A stretch of 64,000 nucleotides of DNA from an uncultured Nitrososphaerales archaeon (GTDB lineage: Archaea; Thermoproteota; Nitrososphaeria; Nitrososphaerales; Nitrososphaeraceae), in contig CAVQMO010000004.1 of the NCBI GenBank assembly GCA_963713605.1, positions 1 to 64,000 on the forward strand, read 5' to 3'. Each line of letters starts with the position of its first letter. Positions within the stretch are counted from its first letter, which is position 1. A program made the position numbers and the translations under genes. The notes below the pieces were generated by a model. It worked only from the letters and a program-made list of their open reading frames with translations. It did not search any database and was not told where the DNA came from. Of the stretch, positions 15,088 through 26,634 are shown one piece after another.

Positions 15088-15612
15088 TTACAGTTCAAGC
15101 TTTATAGTAATAGTATTCTCAGTAATATCACAATAAGTCTTTGTTTCAAATACTATCTCCAATACATACCTACAGATTTCTCTGATTAAATAGGAATACT
15201 CGAATCCCATATCATGCTCGATAATAATTTTGCTACTATCTTCATTGATTTCGCATCTATAAGGCATTTGCGATATTCTTAACCAAGTTTCTGTGATGTC
15301 TGAAAGGGAAGCGATTGTAAATCCACCCCGAAGAAATAAGCTAATGTCTACGAGATCGTTCTTTGCTGTTTCCAGAGCTGAATCATTTAACTCCTCTTCT
15401 GTGAGTTCATTAAGTAATTTAATTAGAAATGATTTCGGCAGGTAGTAAAGCTTGGCATGTGCAGCCATACTATGCCAATTTACATGTGCCTTGACTATTT
15501 GGTTAACCAGTGTATTTGGAGTAATATTTTTATCTTCAGACACTTTACGCAATCGGTTTAACTTTTCACTAGATAATCGGAAGGTAGCACAACTAGTTGA
15601 TGTTTTTGACAA
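15088..15612 (-). CDS. Hypothetical regulator with N-terminal ribbon-helix-helix-like segment
   Basis: ATFRLSSEKLNRLRKVSEDKNITPNTLVNQIV is RHH-like, with IIEHDMG in the C-terminal domain. Confidence 0.6.
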   Translation of the reverse strand: MSKTSTSCATFRLSSEKLNRLRKVSEDKNITPNTLVNQIVKAHVNWHSMAAHAKLYYLPKSFLIKLLNELTEEELNDSALETAKNDLVDISLFLRGGFTIASLSDITETWLRISQMPYRCEINEDSSKIIIEHDMGFEYSYLIREICRYVLEIVFETKTYCDITENTITIKLEL

Positions 15613-15842
15613 TGCAACTGACTTCTAAGCACTTTGTTTACGTCACAATTAAGTGTACAAATTATATAAGTTGACATTCAGATAGAAAAGATCGAAGAAA
15701 TCACTATTGAGGATAATCTATAACGGCATTCTCCAAATCTTGCAAAATACATTTGTCTTCAAAATGCAAGTCTTGTTATAAAAAGTAAGAGCTCATGTTA
15801 AAGCCCAGACAAGTAAGATGAAAAGGAGTATTGAAACTTTTC

Positions 15843-16529
15843 CTATACTACACGAAGGTCTATCTGTTCGAAACTTGATTGATAGCTATCCTTTGTCACT
15901 TCAAGTTCTGTATCGTAAATACCTAAATCAGATTTAGGTCCTACTTCTACAGTAAATGTTGCACGTCCATTGTTATCTGTATGCATAACTTGGGTTGCTT
16001 TCTCTTGGACTATTTCTTCATTTGAAGCTATACCTGTCGCTGCTACTGCAGTACCAGCTGAACTAGTTTCAAATGAAATTGAAGATGGAGGATTGATGTC
16101 CAGTGTAACAAATGCATCAGGCATTGGATTGCCAGAATCCTTATCTTTGACAGTTACTGTAAGATACGATTTTTCTCCTATTTTTACAGGATTCTTCGTA
16201 AATGAATACTCAACCAAGAGTGGGTTTAGCGATGATTCATCTTCACACCCTCTCACTATTCCTTCAAATAAGGATGAAAACTTTCCTCCTGCAATATCAT
16301 CTGTAATGCTGCAGAAGCTATCACCTTCGGTGGCAATCCCTTCTTCGCCATCAAAAGCGGCTGCTCTTCCATCTCCAGAGGTGTCGATGTCTACCGCAGC
16401 ATTAACATTCAATGGCAAGACCAAAAATGACAATAATAATAGCAATGAGAAACCTATTAATGTACAACCATTTGGCAAATGGTTCAGGGATAATGATTTC
16501 ATTTTATTTATTTTCATATTATTATTCAT
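15843..16529 (-). CDS. Secreted/membrane-anchored protein with Ig-like beta-sandwich domain (copy 1)
   Basis: Hydrophobic N-terminal segment, then LTVTVKDKDSGNPMPDAFVTL...TDNNGRATFTV, a Big_1/carboxypeptidase-regulatory-like pattern. Confidence 0.75.
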   Translation of the reverse strand: MNNNMKINKMKSLSLNHLPNGCTLIGFSLLLLLSFLVLPLNVNAAVDIDTSGDGRAAAFDGEEGIATEGDSFCSITDDIAGGKFSSLFEGIVRGCEDESSLNPLLVEYSFTKNPVKIGEKSYLTVTVKDKDSGNPMPDAFVTLDINPPSSISFETSSAGTAVAATGIASNEEIVQEKATQVMHTDNNGRATFTVEVGPKSDLGIYDTELEVTKDSYQSSFEQIDLRVV

Positions 16530-16605
16530 CTCAAATCATATTTTAACTTACTATCATTAGCTAATTGGAAGTTAGCCAAAAAGAAAAGATAGAGCAGTTT
16601 GCTCC

Positions 16606-16892
16606 TTAATCGTCATCATCGTCGTCACAGTCATCATCATCGTCACAGTCATAATGATGATGACGATCATCATCGTCATTATCATCTGATGATGCTGCTG
16701 CTGCCGCTGATCCACCACTTGCTGCCGCTGCTGCCGAACTATCCCCTGCCCTGCCGCTGCCGCTGCCGCTGATCCACCACTAGCTGCCGCCGATGCGGCA
16801 GAAGATGCGAAAGCCTGTCCTGAGGATACATTAACTCCTATCATTGCTGTAATTATAACTACAGCTAAAATTATCGATATACTTCTATTCAT
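16606..16892 (-). CDS. Secreted Ala/Ser/Gly-repeat protein with Asp/His/Cys tail (copy 1, one-base frameshift near 16750)
   Basis: Corrected reading: signal peptide...QAFA-SSAASAAASGGSAAAAAA..GDSSAAAAASGGSAAAAASSDDNDDDDRHHHYDCDDDDDCDDDDDD*. It matches copy 2. Confidence 0.75.
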
Positions 16893-17161
16893 TTAAGGTA
16901 TAGAAGTAATTCAAGATATATCAAATAGACGAAAATACGTGTGGTAATTATCTTCTACAATATTCGTATAGATTTACATTTACTAATGTTAGCTAAACCT
17001 TGAATCGATTATGTCATCAAATTACGCCGGCACCATCTTCTTATATCGTTAGTGATGTTTGAATTTGGCTTCCTGCTAACGATACAGGCCTCTATGCAAA
17101 GGAGAACGTATCGACGAGTTCCGAGCCTACAACATAAACTAGTATTCCAGTCTACTCATAT

Positions 17162-17908
17162 CTAGATAAACTCTTTTTCGTGCGCTTCTTTAATAGCGTA
17201 TTTCTTGTATGCATGAATTAGCCAGTCTATATCTGAGTCTGCTTCTTCATGTTTTGTCATCTTGCCAACCTTTAAGACGTCTCGTATATCCTTGCTATCC
17301 AACTCGTTCCATACCTTATCTGCAACCTTTGAAGCTGTTCTAACTTCAATTTTATACCTTTCTTTTAATAACTTTATAGAGATCTCGACAAACTCTTCAT
17401 ACTTGTATTCTGGAAGATAAAATATCAAGAATCTCGATTTTAGTGGCTTTGAAAGATAGTCTAAACTATTCGAGGTTGCAAATATCCATAGGCTCATCTC
17501 TAGTTGTCTGGTTTTCCTGACCTTTGTAGAACTAAGAATGCCAGTTTCCATTACGTTTAGTAAGGCAACCTGATCACTTTTCTTCATCTTATCTATTTCA
17601 TCTATTAACAAATATTTTGTTGATTGATGTTCAAACAGGTAATCAACCATACCTACTCCGCTAGTCCCTATTCCATCTGTAAAGTAACTATTGTCTAATC
17701 CTTTCATCATTTGTAGGAGAAATATCGTCTTACTTGATGCAGGCGGACCAGTTAAGAGAATATGCGAAGGTTCCTTACTAATTATTGATCTCATGAATAG
17801 CTTTTTAAGATCAGAGTATCCCACTATATCAGAGAAGAATTTCTCTTCTGGGGGTCGAATATCTGCTTCATGCTCGAAGCCTAGCCTTTTGAATAGCGTC
17901 TTGAACAA
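17162..17908 (-). CDS. Stand-alone AAA+ ATPase (MCM/RuvB-like)
   Basis: HILLTGPPASSKT, LLIDEIDKM, LLNVMETG, FATSN, SRF arginine finger. Confidence 0.85.
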   Translation of the reverse strand: MFKTLFKRLGFEHEADIRPPEEKFFSDIVGYSDLKKLFMRSIISKEPSHILLTGPPASSKTIFLLQMMKGLDNSYFTDGIGTSGVGMVDYLFEHQSTKYLLIDEIDKMKKSDQVALLNVMETGILSSTKVRKTRQLEMSLWIFATSNSLDYLSKPLKSRFLIFYLPEYKYEEFVEISIKLLKERYKIEVRTASKVADKVWNELDSKDIRDVLKVGKMTKHEEADSDIDWLIHAYKKYAIKEAHEKEFI

Positions 17909-18437
17909 TCTCTATGTTTATGTATAGAAATGGCTTGTAATAAATTAGATCCCGATTATAAATTATCTATTATAATTCTATAGTTCTATGGATATACGTA
18001 TTGAGTTAGTAATGACTTATTAGAAAAGAATAACTATAAAGGTATATATTTGATTTATAGTACGTATTGTACACCAAAATATTGCCTACGATTTATTCAT
18101 TAACAAGAGATGATAATACTCAAAAGTAAAATAATAGGGGACAAATACAGAAGGTACTATCTCGCAAAACAAAAGGTAGGAACAAAAAGACCCGTTCAAC
18201 CTCAGCTACAGAGAGAAATTGGAGAAACTAATCTCCCGAATAGTAATTTATAGTACTTATTAACCCCAAAGTCAATCAGAACTTTCGCAATTTGCTGAAA
18301 TCCTAAGATATCTGTCTATGGTATCTATTGTAATATTATCACTTCTTGCTTTACATTTCAATTATCGATCGATCGCGTATACTCAACTCTTGTTGAAGTA
18401 AAAAATAATTATACAATCAACTGTAATCAAAGAAATT

Positions 18438-19232
18438 ATGCAAGATTGTAATAACGGCTATGCTTTGCTCAATGGACTTAGAATGTATTATGAAATGCAT
18501 GGTAAAGGAGCACCGATAGTTTTAATTCATGGTGGAGGCTCTACAATCCAAACCTCATTTGGGCGAGTGATTCATTCCTTTGCAAAAGAGAGACAAGTTA
18601 TTGCAGTTGAATTGCAGGGACACGGACACACCCATGACATAAACAGACCAGAAACTTTTGAATAAGATGCTGATGATGTTGCAACACTTTTGAAATATTT
18701 GAAGATTGAAAATGCCGATTTTTTTGGTTTTAGTAATGGTGGAAATACAGTAATACAAATTGCAATTCGATATCCAAATCTACTGCGAAAAATAGTTTTG
18801 GGTTCAACATTTTTTAAAAGAGATGGATTGTATGCGCAGTTTTGGGAATCATTGAATCATTCAACATTGGAGGACATGCCACAGCTATTGAAGGATTCTT
18901 ACAAGAAAGTAGCGCCTGATCCCAGTAACTTGTCTAAAATGTTTGAGAAAGATAAGAAAAGAATGATTGAGTTTAAGGATTGGAAAGCAGAAGATATTCA
19001 TTCTATTAATGCACCTGCATTTATAATAATAGGCGATCAAGATGTTATTCGTCCCGAACATGCAGTTGAAATGTTTAGACTGTTACCGCATGCACGACTC
19101 TCAGTAATCCCTGGAATGCACGGCGCATATATTGGCGAGGTAACCACAGGAATGGAACACAGTAGAATCCTTGACTTAACTGTTTCAATGATTAAAGAAT
19201 TTCTAAACGAACCTATGCTGAAAGAGAATTGA
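18438..19232 (+). pseudogene. Alpha/beta hydrolase interrupted by an in-frame TAA at 18663-18665
   Basis: VLIHGG and ELQGHG before the stop, GFSNGG and GDQD after it, all in one frame. Confidence 0.8.
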
Positions 19233-19465
19233 GACTTAATATGATTAAGCAATATTAACCGATATACAAATCTGAAGAGAGTATTTAGTGTGTGGGATTA
19301 CATAAGTGATAGTATTTGCATCAGTGAATAATCATGTCATAAGCCAACAAGAACGAGAAATTGAAAATCTAAACATAGAAAAAGCAAGGCTAGAGGATAT
19401 CACTAATTTTATTTTTAAGTCTAACAAAGTCATGAAGGAGGCAAGCTTAAAGATATCATAAAATA

Positions 19466-19882
19466 TTGTCTAGAGCATACACAATTAGAGAGATGTCCTC
19501 GATATCTAAATCTATTACGTTACGCGTGCCCTCTGACATAATTTATCGTGCTCTTAAGGATACTCGCTTAGAAGAGCTCTTCCCCGAATTCTTTGTTGGG
19601 GTCACAAGAAAAATCCAAGTAGACAATGCAAATAGCGGCCTAAAAATTTGGACAGCCACTCAAGAAAGCCAAATTGAAATCAATGAAACATTCAATCTAA
19701 GAATCTCCGGTGAAACCAACACAGATGTGGAATATATTACGGAGACAAACGTACAGGCTGATAATTTAGTTGTTCAATCAATAATACAGACACACATAGC
19801 CAGTATTGTATATTCACTGTTAATGCTTGAAACTGGATATCTTAATGGATTGATGAAACAGAATCAGGGCATTCAAGCTTGA
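19466..19882 (+). CDS. Hypothetical protein, possibly SRPBCC/Bet v1-like
   Basis: ISKSITLRVPSDIIYRALKD N-terminus, beta-rich middle and C-terminal helix. Confidence 0.55.
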   Translation: MSRAYTIREMSSISKSITLRVPSDIIYRALKDTRLEELFPEFFVGVTRKIQVDNANSGLKIWTATQESQIEINETFNLRISGETNTDVEYITETNVQADNLVVQSIIQTHIASIVYSLLMLETGYLNGLMKQNQGIQA

Positions 19883-20017
19883 TTAAGAGCATTTGGGACG
19901 GCTCCTTCAACCTAACCTTCCTGGAACCGGTTCGGTTAGGAAGACGGCCCCAAGATTAAGAATGGTTTATGCTCAGATGCCTGAACCAAAATACGTGATA
20001 CAATTGCTCATATACCC

Positions 20018-20248
20018 TTAGATAAATCCTTTTACAAGCAGTCCTACTCCGCCAAAGAAAATCACTATAGAAATGATTAGTGGTACAAGCTGATCTGGAT
20101 CTGTTCCACTTATTCCGAATTCCCCCGCTTGAGTATATATCGGAGCAAAATAGGCACCGAATATTAATGATATTATAATTAATACAATACCCGCTATGAC
20201 TAAGCCCTTATTTTTCATTAAGCAGCAGTATTTTAGTTGCAGCAACAT
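20018..20248 (-). CDS. Small two-TM membrane protein
   Basis: Two hydrophobic helices. The start is probably MKNKG. Confidence 0.6.
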   Translation of the reverse strand: MLLQLKYCCLMKNKGLVIAGIVLIIISLIFGAYFAPIYTQAGEFGISGTDPDQLVPLIISIVIFFGGVGLLVKGFI

Positions 20249-20532
20249 TAATTATTAATTATTAATTTAGCTCTCTCACGTGCAATTGAACTTCTGGGTT
20301 TCACGAGCATTCTAAATATATATTCTGGATCTTCGGAAAGTTCTGGCTCTACAAATTTTGTGTAATGCAGCCAGCCTTTTATCAAGTTCTATCATTTCAA
20401 TAGTGGAACCCGTGTTAAGAACCGGTAACGGCACGAATACCCTCCTGTATATTCAGCGTAGTATCAAAGAATAGAATATTTGAGTTTAATCATCACTATA
20501 TTATCTATCGTTGGTGGAATAACATTAACGGA

Positions 20533-21030
20533 TTAGGTTCTACCTATCATAATTGTCCAAGTCGAAAAATACCTAGGTTTAATCTCCAAAATAACATAGT
20601 CGCCTTTCTTCGTCTCTCTTAAATAATTCTCATCCGCTTGCATATATCCTGCTGCTATATTCTCAAAAATCGGTGCAGTGTATTCAACGTCTTCATGAAT
20701 AGATACATCTCCTTTTCCACGAACACCCTTATACTGATCAGGTCTTGAATCATAAATACAAAATGAGATGATCTTGTTTTTCTCTAGATTGTGTATCATT
20801 TTAGATAGTTTTTTGTTTGTTCCAACATACAACCTGTCATTTAAACTGTTAAAGTAGTACCATGTAGGACGGACATCATCTGGCTCTCCTTTCTCATTGA
20901 TTGTACCCAGACGAACTAAAAGCTCAGGTGTTCTTAAGAATTCTGTCAATTCCTTTGCATTGAGTGGTAGTGTATTTAATTTGGCATGAGCGTTAAAGAT
21001 TTTAACGCCAGACTTTGTAGAATCACTCAT
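20533..21030 (-). CDS. PNPOx-like split-barrel protein
   Basis: RLGTINEKGEP..PTWYY, YKGVRGKG, ILEIKPRYFSTW. Confidence 0.8.
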   Translation of the reverse strand: MSDSTKSGVKIFNAHAKLNTLPLNAKELTEFLRTPELLVRLGTINEKGEPDDVRPTWYYFNSLNDRLYVGTNKKLSKMIHNLEKNKIISFCIYDSRPDQYKGVRGKGDVSIHEDVEYTAPIFENIAAGYMQADENYLRETKKGDYVILEIKPRYFSTWTIMIGRT

Positions 21031-21367
21031 AATTGTTGCTACTATAGAGCCTCCTGCTTGTAGAAAGTTGATTGAAATTTTTCGATGTCAGAAATCCTTA
21101 TTACCATTAGCAATAATAAATTGAGTATGGTTAATAAATATGCAAGGGAAGAAAAAGTATAGTTGCAGCCGTAATTTATGCCCTTCATATATAGCAGTAC
21201 GGTGGTCGATCTAACTTTTTACACAATATTGCATTAATGGTGTTTCAATGTAAAGATCAAGATCTGGTGGCCGACTGAGTTCTAGATACCCCTTCTAGGC
21301 CATCAACCTTAAATTATTAGATTTTACGAACAAGTTAATATGATACGTTTATGATATTAAAAGAAGC

Positions 21368-21541
21368 ATGGGTAAATGGAAGTGCCTGTGGTGTTCTAAA
21401 GTGTTGGAAGGAGAATCTTTCATGGACTTAATTGAGGCCTCTATGAAGGAGAAAGGTGGCCAACACGTACACGGCTGGGAAAATATAACTTTAGTCGAGG
21501 AAGAGGCTGCTGTACCAAAAAGTAGATTATTATCAATTTAG
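21368..21541 (+). CDS. 57-aa putative zinc-binding microprotein (not in the ORF track)
   Basis: MGKWKCLWCSKVLEGESFMDLIEASMKEKGGQHVHGWENITLVEEEAAVPKSRLLSI*, with CxxC and HxH. Confidence 0.6.
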   Translation: MGKWKCLWCSKVLEGESFMDLIEASMKEKGGQHVHGWENITLVEEEAAVPKSRLLSI

Positions 21542-21678
21542 CCTTCCTTTATTTTATTACTATTATGGAACTATCATAGAATTGTAACATTATATAGTAA
21601 ATGCTTTTAGACATGCTCTTCTGTGCGCTTTGTTAGTTATGACTAAGAGTAAACCTTCTTTTACCCCATCTAAAGATA

Positions 21679-22071
21679 GTGCATTGTTACCATATGAATG
21701 AAGAAAATATAAGAGCGATCTACATACGTGCATTAGAGAATTTAGCTGAACGAATAGACTCTATTAAAAGCAATTCAAACAACAACGACATCATTAGGTT
21801 AAACCATTTCATAAGACGAGATCTAATAAAGTATGAGGCTGAAATTAGTCGTATGATACAAGAATGGAGAGAAGAAAACTATCCACCAATAAGTAACAGA
21901 GATCTGCTATATACCGCCCTAGAATTATACAAAAAGGACTTACAGGAGACAGGAGAGACTGTTAAAAAGGGACTAGGGCTAGATGGAATAGAGTTTCCAC
22001 TTGTTGAAAACGAAATAAAGTTTATAGAAATGGGAATGGAGAAGGTGTCCTCATCTACAGTAACGCTGTAA
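21679..22071 (+). CDS. Hypothetical helical protein
   Basis: 130-aa ORF with protein-like composition and no family recognised. Confidence 0.55.
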   Translation: MHCYHMNEENIRAIYIRALENLAERIDSIKSNSNNNDIIRLNHFIRRDLIKYEAEISRMIQEWREENYPPISNRDLLYTALELYKKDLQETGETVKKGLGLDGIEFPLVENEIKFIEMGMEKVSSSTVTL

Positions 22072-22776
22072 TTTGTACTATCTTTTTTATGCGGCTGCTA
22101 TAGTATGCGAAGTTGCATCTGTCATGCCTAATTATTTGGTGGGCATATGCATGCAAGGAGAAGTGTAACGATTCGAGCCCACAACGATATATCTATCTAT
22201 CTATACAGTACATTACCCCTAAACAACTTCCGTTCTTAGTGCATCTATGATTAAGCCTTTGAAAATTATGCAGAGATTGTTCCTTTGCCTTCTACACTTA
22301 ATTTATGTAAATTGTTCAGGTAAAGTCAGCAGCATCAGAAGGTTGTCTTTCGACTAGTTCTTCAGTAATTACTATTTGATCATATATGTATGGATGGGTA
22401 ACTAGCCACATATTACTGAAAGCTACTGAAAATATCCTTTAGGAGTATAGACAAGTTGAATATGAGGTTATACGGTTTGTTATAATCTATTGAATAAGGT
22501 AGACTATAAGCTAATTATGCTTGACATGGATAACATCATTATTCACAGCTTTTGATTAATGAATTTGCACGCACTAAACCAATGGAAAAATATTTCACTT
22601 CTGACTTAAAATAAAGCTAGTGATATCCTCTAGCCTTGCTTTTTCTATGACTCCGATTTTGGCTATAGCAACTAAGCGGATTAAAGCGTTTAAATATTAT
22701 ATTGGTGATGATGTCATTAATCATTTTCTAATATGGGATAAAAGTTTGCAAAAATGTATAAAGAGTTACGGACACC

Positions 22777-25005
22777 TTGTCTGGTATGCCTAGCGAGAAT
22801 GCCCAAAATGCCGATTTAAAAATACTTGAAGCTTATAGTAGAGATGTTGGTAGAGGGATTGCCCGCATCGACTACGATTCTATGGATATACTGAATGCTT
22901 CTACTGGGGATGTTATAGAGATAAGAGGCGGTGTTAAAAGCAAGAGTACTAGAAGGACAGTAGCCAAGTGTTTACCTTTGTATCCTTCAGATGAGGGTAA
23001 AGGTATAATCAGAATTGATGGTCTTGTACGAAATAATGCAGGTCTGGCCATAGGTGATACTGTAGTTGTAAAAAAGATCAAAGCGATATCTGCAGAAAAA
23101 GTCATTGTAGCTCCATTGGAGGCAGTACCACCTATTGATGAAAGATATCTTGCAGATGCACTTGAAAGTGTTTGTATTACAAAGGGAGATAACGTGATGG
23201 TCCCTTATTTTGGCGGAAGACTCACATTTCAAGTTATTGGTCTTACACCTGCTTCAACTGATGCAGTAATCATCAGCCAGAAAACAACATTCACTATTGC
23301 AACATCCGAACAAGCTCTAAGGCATGGAGATGCAAGCGCTGTTGCATACGAAGACATTGGCGGGTTAAAGGATGAGATCCAAAGAGTCAGGGAGATGATA
23401 GAACTTCCTTTAAGGCATCCAGAGATATTTGAAAAACTTGGCATAGAAGCTCCAAAAGGTGTACTTTTGCATGGACCTCCTGGTACTGGCAAGACATTAT
23501 TGGCGAAGGCAGTAGCCAATGAAAGCAATTCACATTTTATCAGCATATCTGGACCTGAAATAATGAGTAAATTCTATGGAGAATCCGAAGCACGTCTAAG
23601 GGAAATATTTAAAGAAGCAAGGGAAAAGGCCCCTTCAATAATATTCATAGACGAAATAGACTCTATCGCACCAAAGAGAGAAGAAGTGATGGGAGAGGTA
23701 GAGAGAAGAGTTGTTTCACAATTGCTTTCAGTTATGGATGGCTTGGAGGCAAGAGGAAAAGTGATAGTTATTGCAGCAAGCAATAGACCAAATGCGATAG
23801 ATCCTGCATTGCGCCGACCAGGCAGATTTGATAGGGAGATTGAAATTAAAGTTCCAGATAAGCGTGGCAGACTAGAAGTGCTACAGGTACATACAAGGAA
23901 TATGCCCCTGAACACCGACGTAGATCAAGATAGAATCGCTGCTGTAACTCATGGATTTGTAGGAGCTGATTTAGAGTATTTGTGTAAAGAAGCAGCTATG
24001 AAATGTCTGCGTAGAATGTTACCTGAGCTTAATTTGGAAGAAGAAAAGCTTCTACCAGAAACATTAGAAAAGCTCATAATAACTATGAATGATTTCCAGT
24101 ATGCAATACGAGAAGTAACCCCATCTGCTATGAGAGAAGTCTATGTGGAGCCACCAGAAGTGAAATGGGATGATATAGGTGGATTAGACTCAGTTAAGCG
24201 AGAATTACAGGAAGCTGTTGAATGGCCTATGCGCTTTCCAGATATGTACAAACAGTTAAAGCATACAGCTCCTAAAGGAATATTGTTGCATGGGCCTTCA
24301 GGTACAGGTAAGACTATGCTTGCAAAGGCAGTAGCAACAGAATCAGAGGCGAATTTTATTAGTGTTAAGGGTCCAGAGCTCATGTCAAAATGGGTAGGAG
24401 AATCTGAAAGAGGCATACGTGAAATATTTAGAAAGGCAAGGCAAGCTTCACCATGTGTTATTTTCTTTGATGAAGTTGATTCCATTGCTCCTATCAGAGG
24501 AGGAGCGGGGATAGAAGGTATTGGCGGTCACTCCAGTTCAGAGCGAATGATGTCGCAACTGCTCACAGAGATAGATGGTATAGAAGAAATTCATGATATT
24601 GTTGTAATTGCCGCAACTAATAGAGTAGACATGATCGATACTGCTTTACTAAGACCTGGTCGCTTTGACAAGATCATATACATACCAAATCCTGACAAGA
24701 CTACAAGAGAAAAAATCCTACAGATTCACGTTAAAGGAAAACCAATTAGCGACGATATTGATCTAAAGAGATTAGTAGACATGACAGAAGGTTTTAGCGG
24801 AGCGGATGTATCTTCGGTTGCAAATACTGCCGTATCCTTAGTGTTACACGATTATATTCAGAAATATCCATCCCCTGAGGAAGCATTAAAACACACGTCA
24901 GAAGCGCGTGTATCTATCCGACATTTTGAAGATGCTATTAAAAACGTAAGAAGACAAAGAGAAATGAAACCGGAAGAGAAAATGAATTTATCACATTTTA
25001 GATAG
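22777..25005 (+). CDS. cdc48: CDC48/VCP/p97 AAA+ ATPase
   Basis: N-domain ([11 protein letters not shown]) and two AAA modules ([29 protein letters not shown]) with RPGRFD. Confidence 0.97.
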   Translation: MSGMPSENAQNADLKILEAYSRDVGRGIARIDYDSMDILNASTGDVIEIRGGVKSKSTRRTVAKCLPLYPSDEGKGIIRIDGLVRNNAGLAIGDTVVVKKIKAISAEKVIVAPLEAVPPIDERYLADALESVCITKGDNVMVPYFGGRLTFQVIGLTPASTDAVIISQKTTFTIATSEQALRHGDASAVAYEDIGGLKDEIQRVREMIELPLRHPEIFEKLGIEAPKGVLLHGPPGTGKTLLAKAVANESNSHFISISGPEIMSKFYGESEARLREIFKEAREKAPSIIFIDEIDSIAPKREEVMGEVERRVVSQLLSVMDGLEARGKVIVIAASNRPNAIDPALRRPGRFDREIEIKVPDKRGRLEVLQVHTRNMPLNTDVDQDRIAAVTHGFVGADLEYLCKEAAMKCLRRMLPELNLEEEKLLPETLEKLIITMNDFQYAIREVTPSAMREVYVEPPEVKWDDIGGLDSVKRELQEAVEWPMRFPDMYKQLKHTAPKGILLHGPSGTGKTMLAKAVATESEANFISVKGPELMSKWVGESERGIREIFRKARQASPCVIFFDEVDSIAPIRGGAGIEGIGGHSSSERMMSQLLTEIDGIEEIHDIVVIAATNRVDMIDTALLRPGRFDKIIYIPNPDKTTREKILQIHVKGKPISDDIDLKRLVDMTEGFSGADVSSVANTAVSLVLHDYIQKYPSPEEALKHTSEARVSIRHFEDAIKNVRRQREMKPEEKMNLSHFR

Positions 25006-25057
25006 GATATCCATCTGTATCACCACAATAAGATGCCTCTTCTCATTCACTTGTTGT

Positions 25058-25082
25058 TATGTGTGGGACTTCTGGCACACAC
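25058..25082 (+). repeat. Dispersed copy of the 3' hairpin of the 56.9-57.5 kb repeat element
   Basis: TGTGTGGGACTTCTGGCACACAC is identical to 57226-57248. An upstream ATAAGATGCC resembles ATAAGGTGCC of that unit. Confidence 0.85.
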
Positions 25083-25140
25083 TAAATACTCTTCAGATTT
25101 GCTGTAAAGGCATGCCTGCGAAATGCTTCAAGACCTTGTT

Positions 25141-25380
25141 TCAAGCCACACATATTCCCGGTACCGCTACTTTCTTGAACAAGTGAGGAGATACAGTGTT
25201 GGCGGGAAAATCTGATAATGTGGACAAAGATGAATTTGAATGACCGTAAAAAGCTTGCTTGTAGTGATCTGAAGACTCCCAGACAGCGTAGTTAATGAAC
25301 GTACAGCTTCCTGCAATGCCTCTATACAATTGCGCTGAGATGAATCCCGGTTGTTGTTTCATGATGCCGGCGTCTCCGCA
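25141..25380 (-). pseudogene. N-terminally truncated antibiotic-biosynthesis-monooxygenase (ABM) family gene
   Basis: MKQQPGFISAQLYRGIAGSCTFINYAVWES...PHLFKKVAVPGIC, with the expected N-terminus missing. Confidence 0.7.
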
Positions 25381-25464
25381 AAATCCATATTTGTTATTAG
25401 TGATAGGATATGTGATATGGGAGGAGTATTCAAAGTCATAGGCGGGTTGAAAGTAATTAGATCA

Positions 25465-26110
25465 TTATGGCGAATAGCTAAATCGACAGTAAAAGCCATT
25501 CTTCCCAGAATTATTCCATTGAAGTCCATGATCATTATAATTATATTTGCTTGAACGTGCAACTACTAAATCTGATCCAGGAACAGCAGAAAATGCTGGA
25601 TTGACTATACACGATTCTTTATTGGGATCTATTCCCTTAACTCCTTCTATTTCAAGCTCGACTGAATTCTTTATATTAAGCCATCGACGCTTTCCATCAA
25701 TGCCAAATTCGATTGGAACAGACTTTACTCCTAACATTTCGCCAATGAAATTAGCCGCTGCCAGCAAAAAATCCACCTGCTTGTCCAGAATAGATCTTTG
25801 TAAGTGCGTTTGCCTGTTCTGATGATGCGTTATCGTCAATGTACAGTGCCGCCTTCCATTTTGGTCCTGTTACCATATTACCGGGCGTATCAAACATTGC
25901 TACTGCACTAAGGTTATCTAGAGTTATATTCTCATAATTTCCTTTTTGAATGTGCCATGCACAGGTCACATGACAATCACCCTCATCAGGGTCGCCTAAG
26001 AATATACATGGGCATACTATGTCGCAATTACATCCTTCAAAATAGTCCCCCTCAAGCTTCCAGGAAGCTTTAGCAGTAGTATTTGACATATACGTTAGGT
26101 GTGATCGCAT
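25465..26110 (-). CDS. DUF1326-family Cys-rich protein, frameshift near 25760
   Basis: WKLEGDYFEGCNCDIVCPC, YIDDNASSEQANAL..IYSGQAGG, and SGKNGF in the next frame. Confidence 0.8.
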
Positions 26111-26634
26111 TGATATAACACTTTACATGACTTCAATATTCATACTTTGAAATTGCATTATACTCTTTTTATACGGGAAAATTCATCAAATCTCGAAGTA
26201 GCTTTTGAAATGAGATTCTGCAGTATACGGTGAATATGTCCTCTAAGTTTGTGTATTTCAGATAGGTTACAGAGAAAAGTCCATTTTCATTTTTTTCTGT
26301 TAGGAGACTAAACCATCATATTCACATCCTAATTCATTTGAATAGCATTAGGCCTAGTATTTTCCTTTATCTAAGAGTAGGGGTCTCAATTTATTGTTCT
26401 CTTTCCAACTATTCTAGTATCAGCAAATTGATTAGAAATTGTGTCTACTGAAGATCCTTTGATTTGAATTTGAATTTACAAAATGTATCATAGTAGATAT
26501 TTGTTATCAAACTATTAGAACTGATATGAGCTCATTTTGATATCAAATAGATTTTGGTTATAAGAAAGAGGGGGATTAGTTAGTTCGTTAGATTGTCAAA
26601 GTTTCCTTGTTGTGCTTCTGGTGTTTCTTCTAGT

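Larger units (their letters stand above)
15775..17002. repeat. Copy 1 of a ~1.2-1.3 kb direct segmental duplication (copy 2 ~29874-31162)
   Basis: Long near-identical stretches, e.g. the line starting at 15841 versus the one at 29941. Similarity extends into both flanks. Confidence 0.95.
19374..22649. repeat. ~47-bp imperfect inverted repeat pair (19374-19421 and 22603-22649) bracketing 3.3 kb
   Basis: CATAGAAAAAGCAAGGCTAGAGGATATCACTA at 19374 has its exact reverse complement at 22618-22649. The match extends imperfectly by about 15 bp. Confidence 0.9.

Noticed and set aside
18663..18665. Recoded stop (Sec/Pyl) in the hydrolase
   Set aside because: The stop is TAA, not TGA or TAG, at a probable CAA (Gln) position. 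A point mutation or sequencing error is simpler.
22872..24485. Antisense ORFs within cdc48 (and similar ones within polC, cdc6, acs and rad50)
   Set aside because: They fully overlap well-supported genes on the opposite strand and show no motifs.
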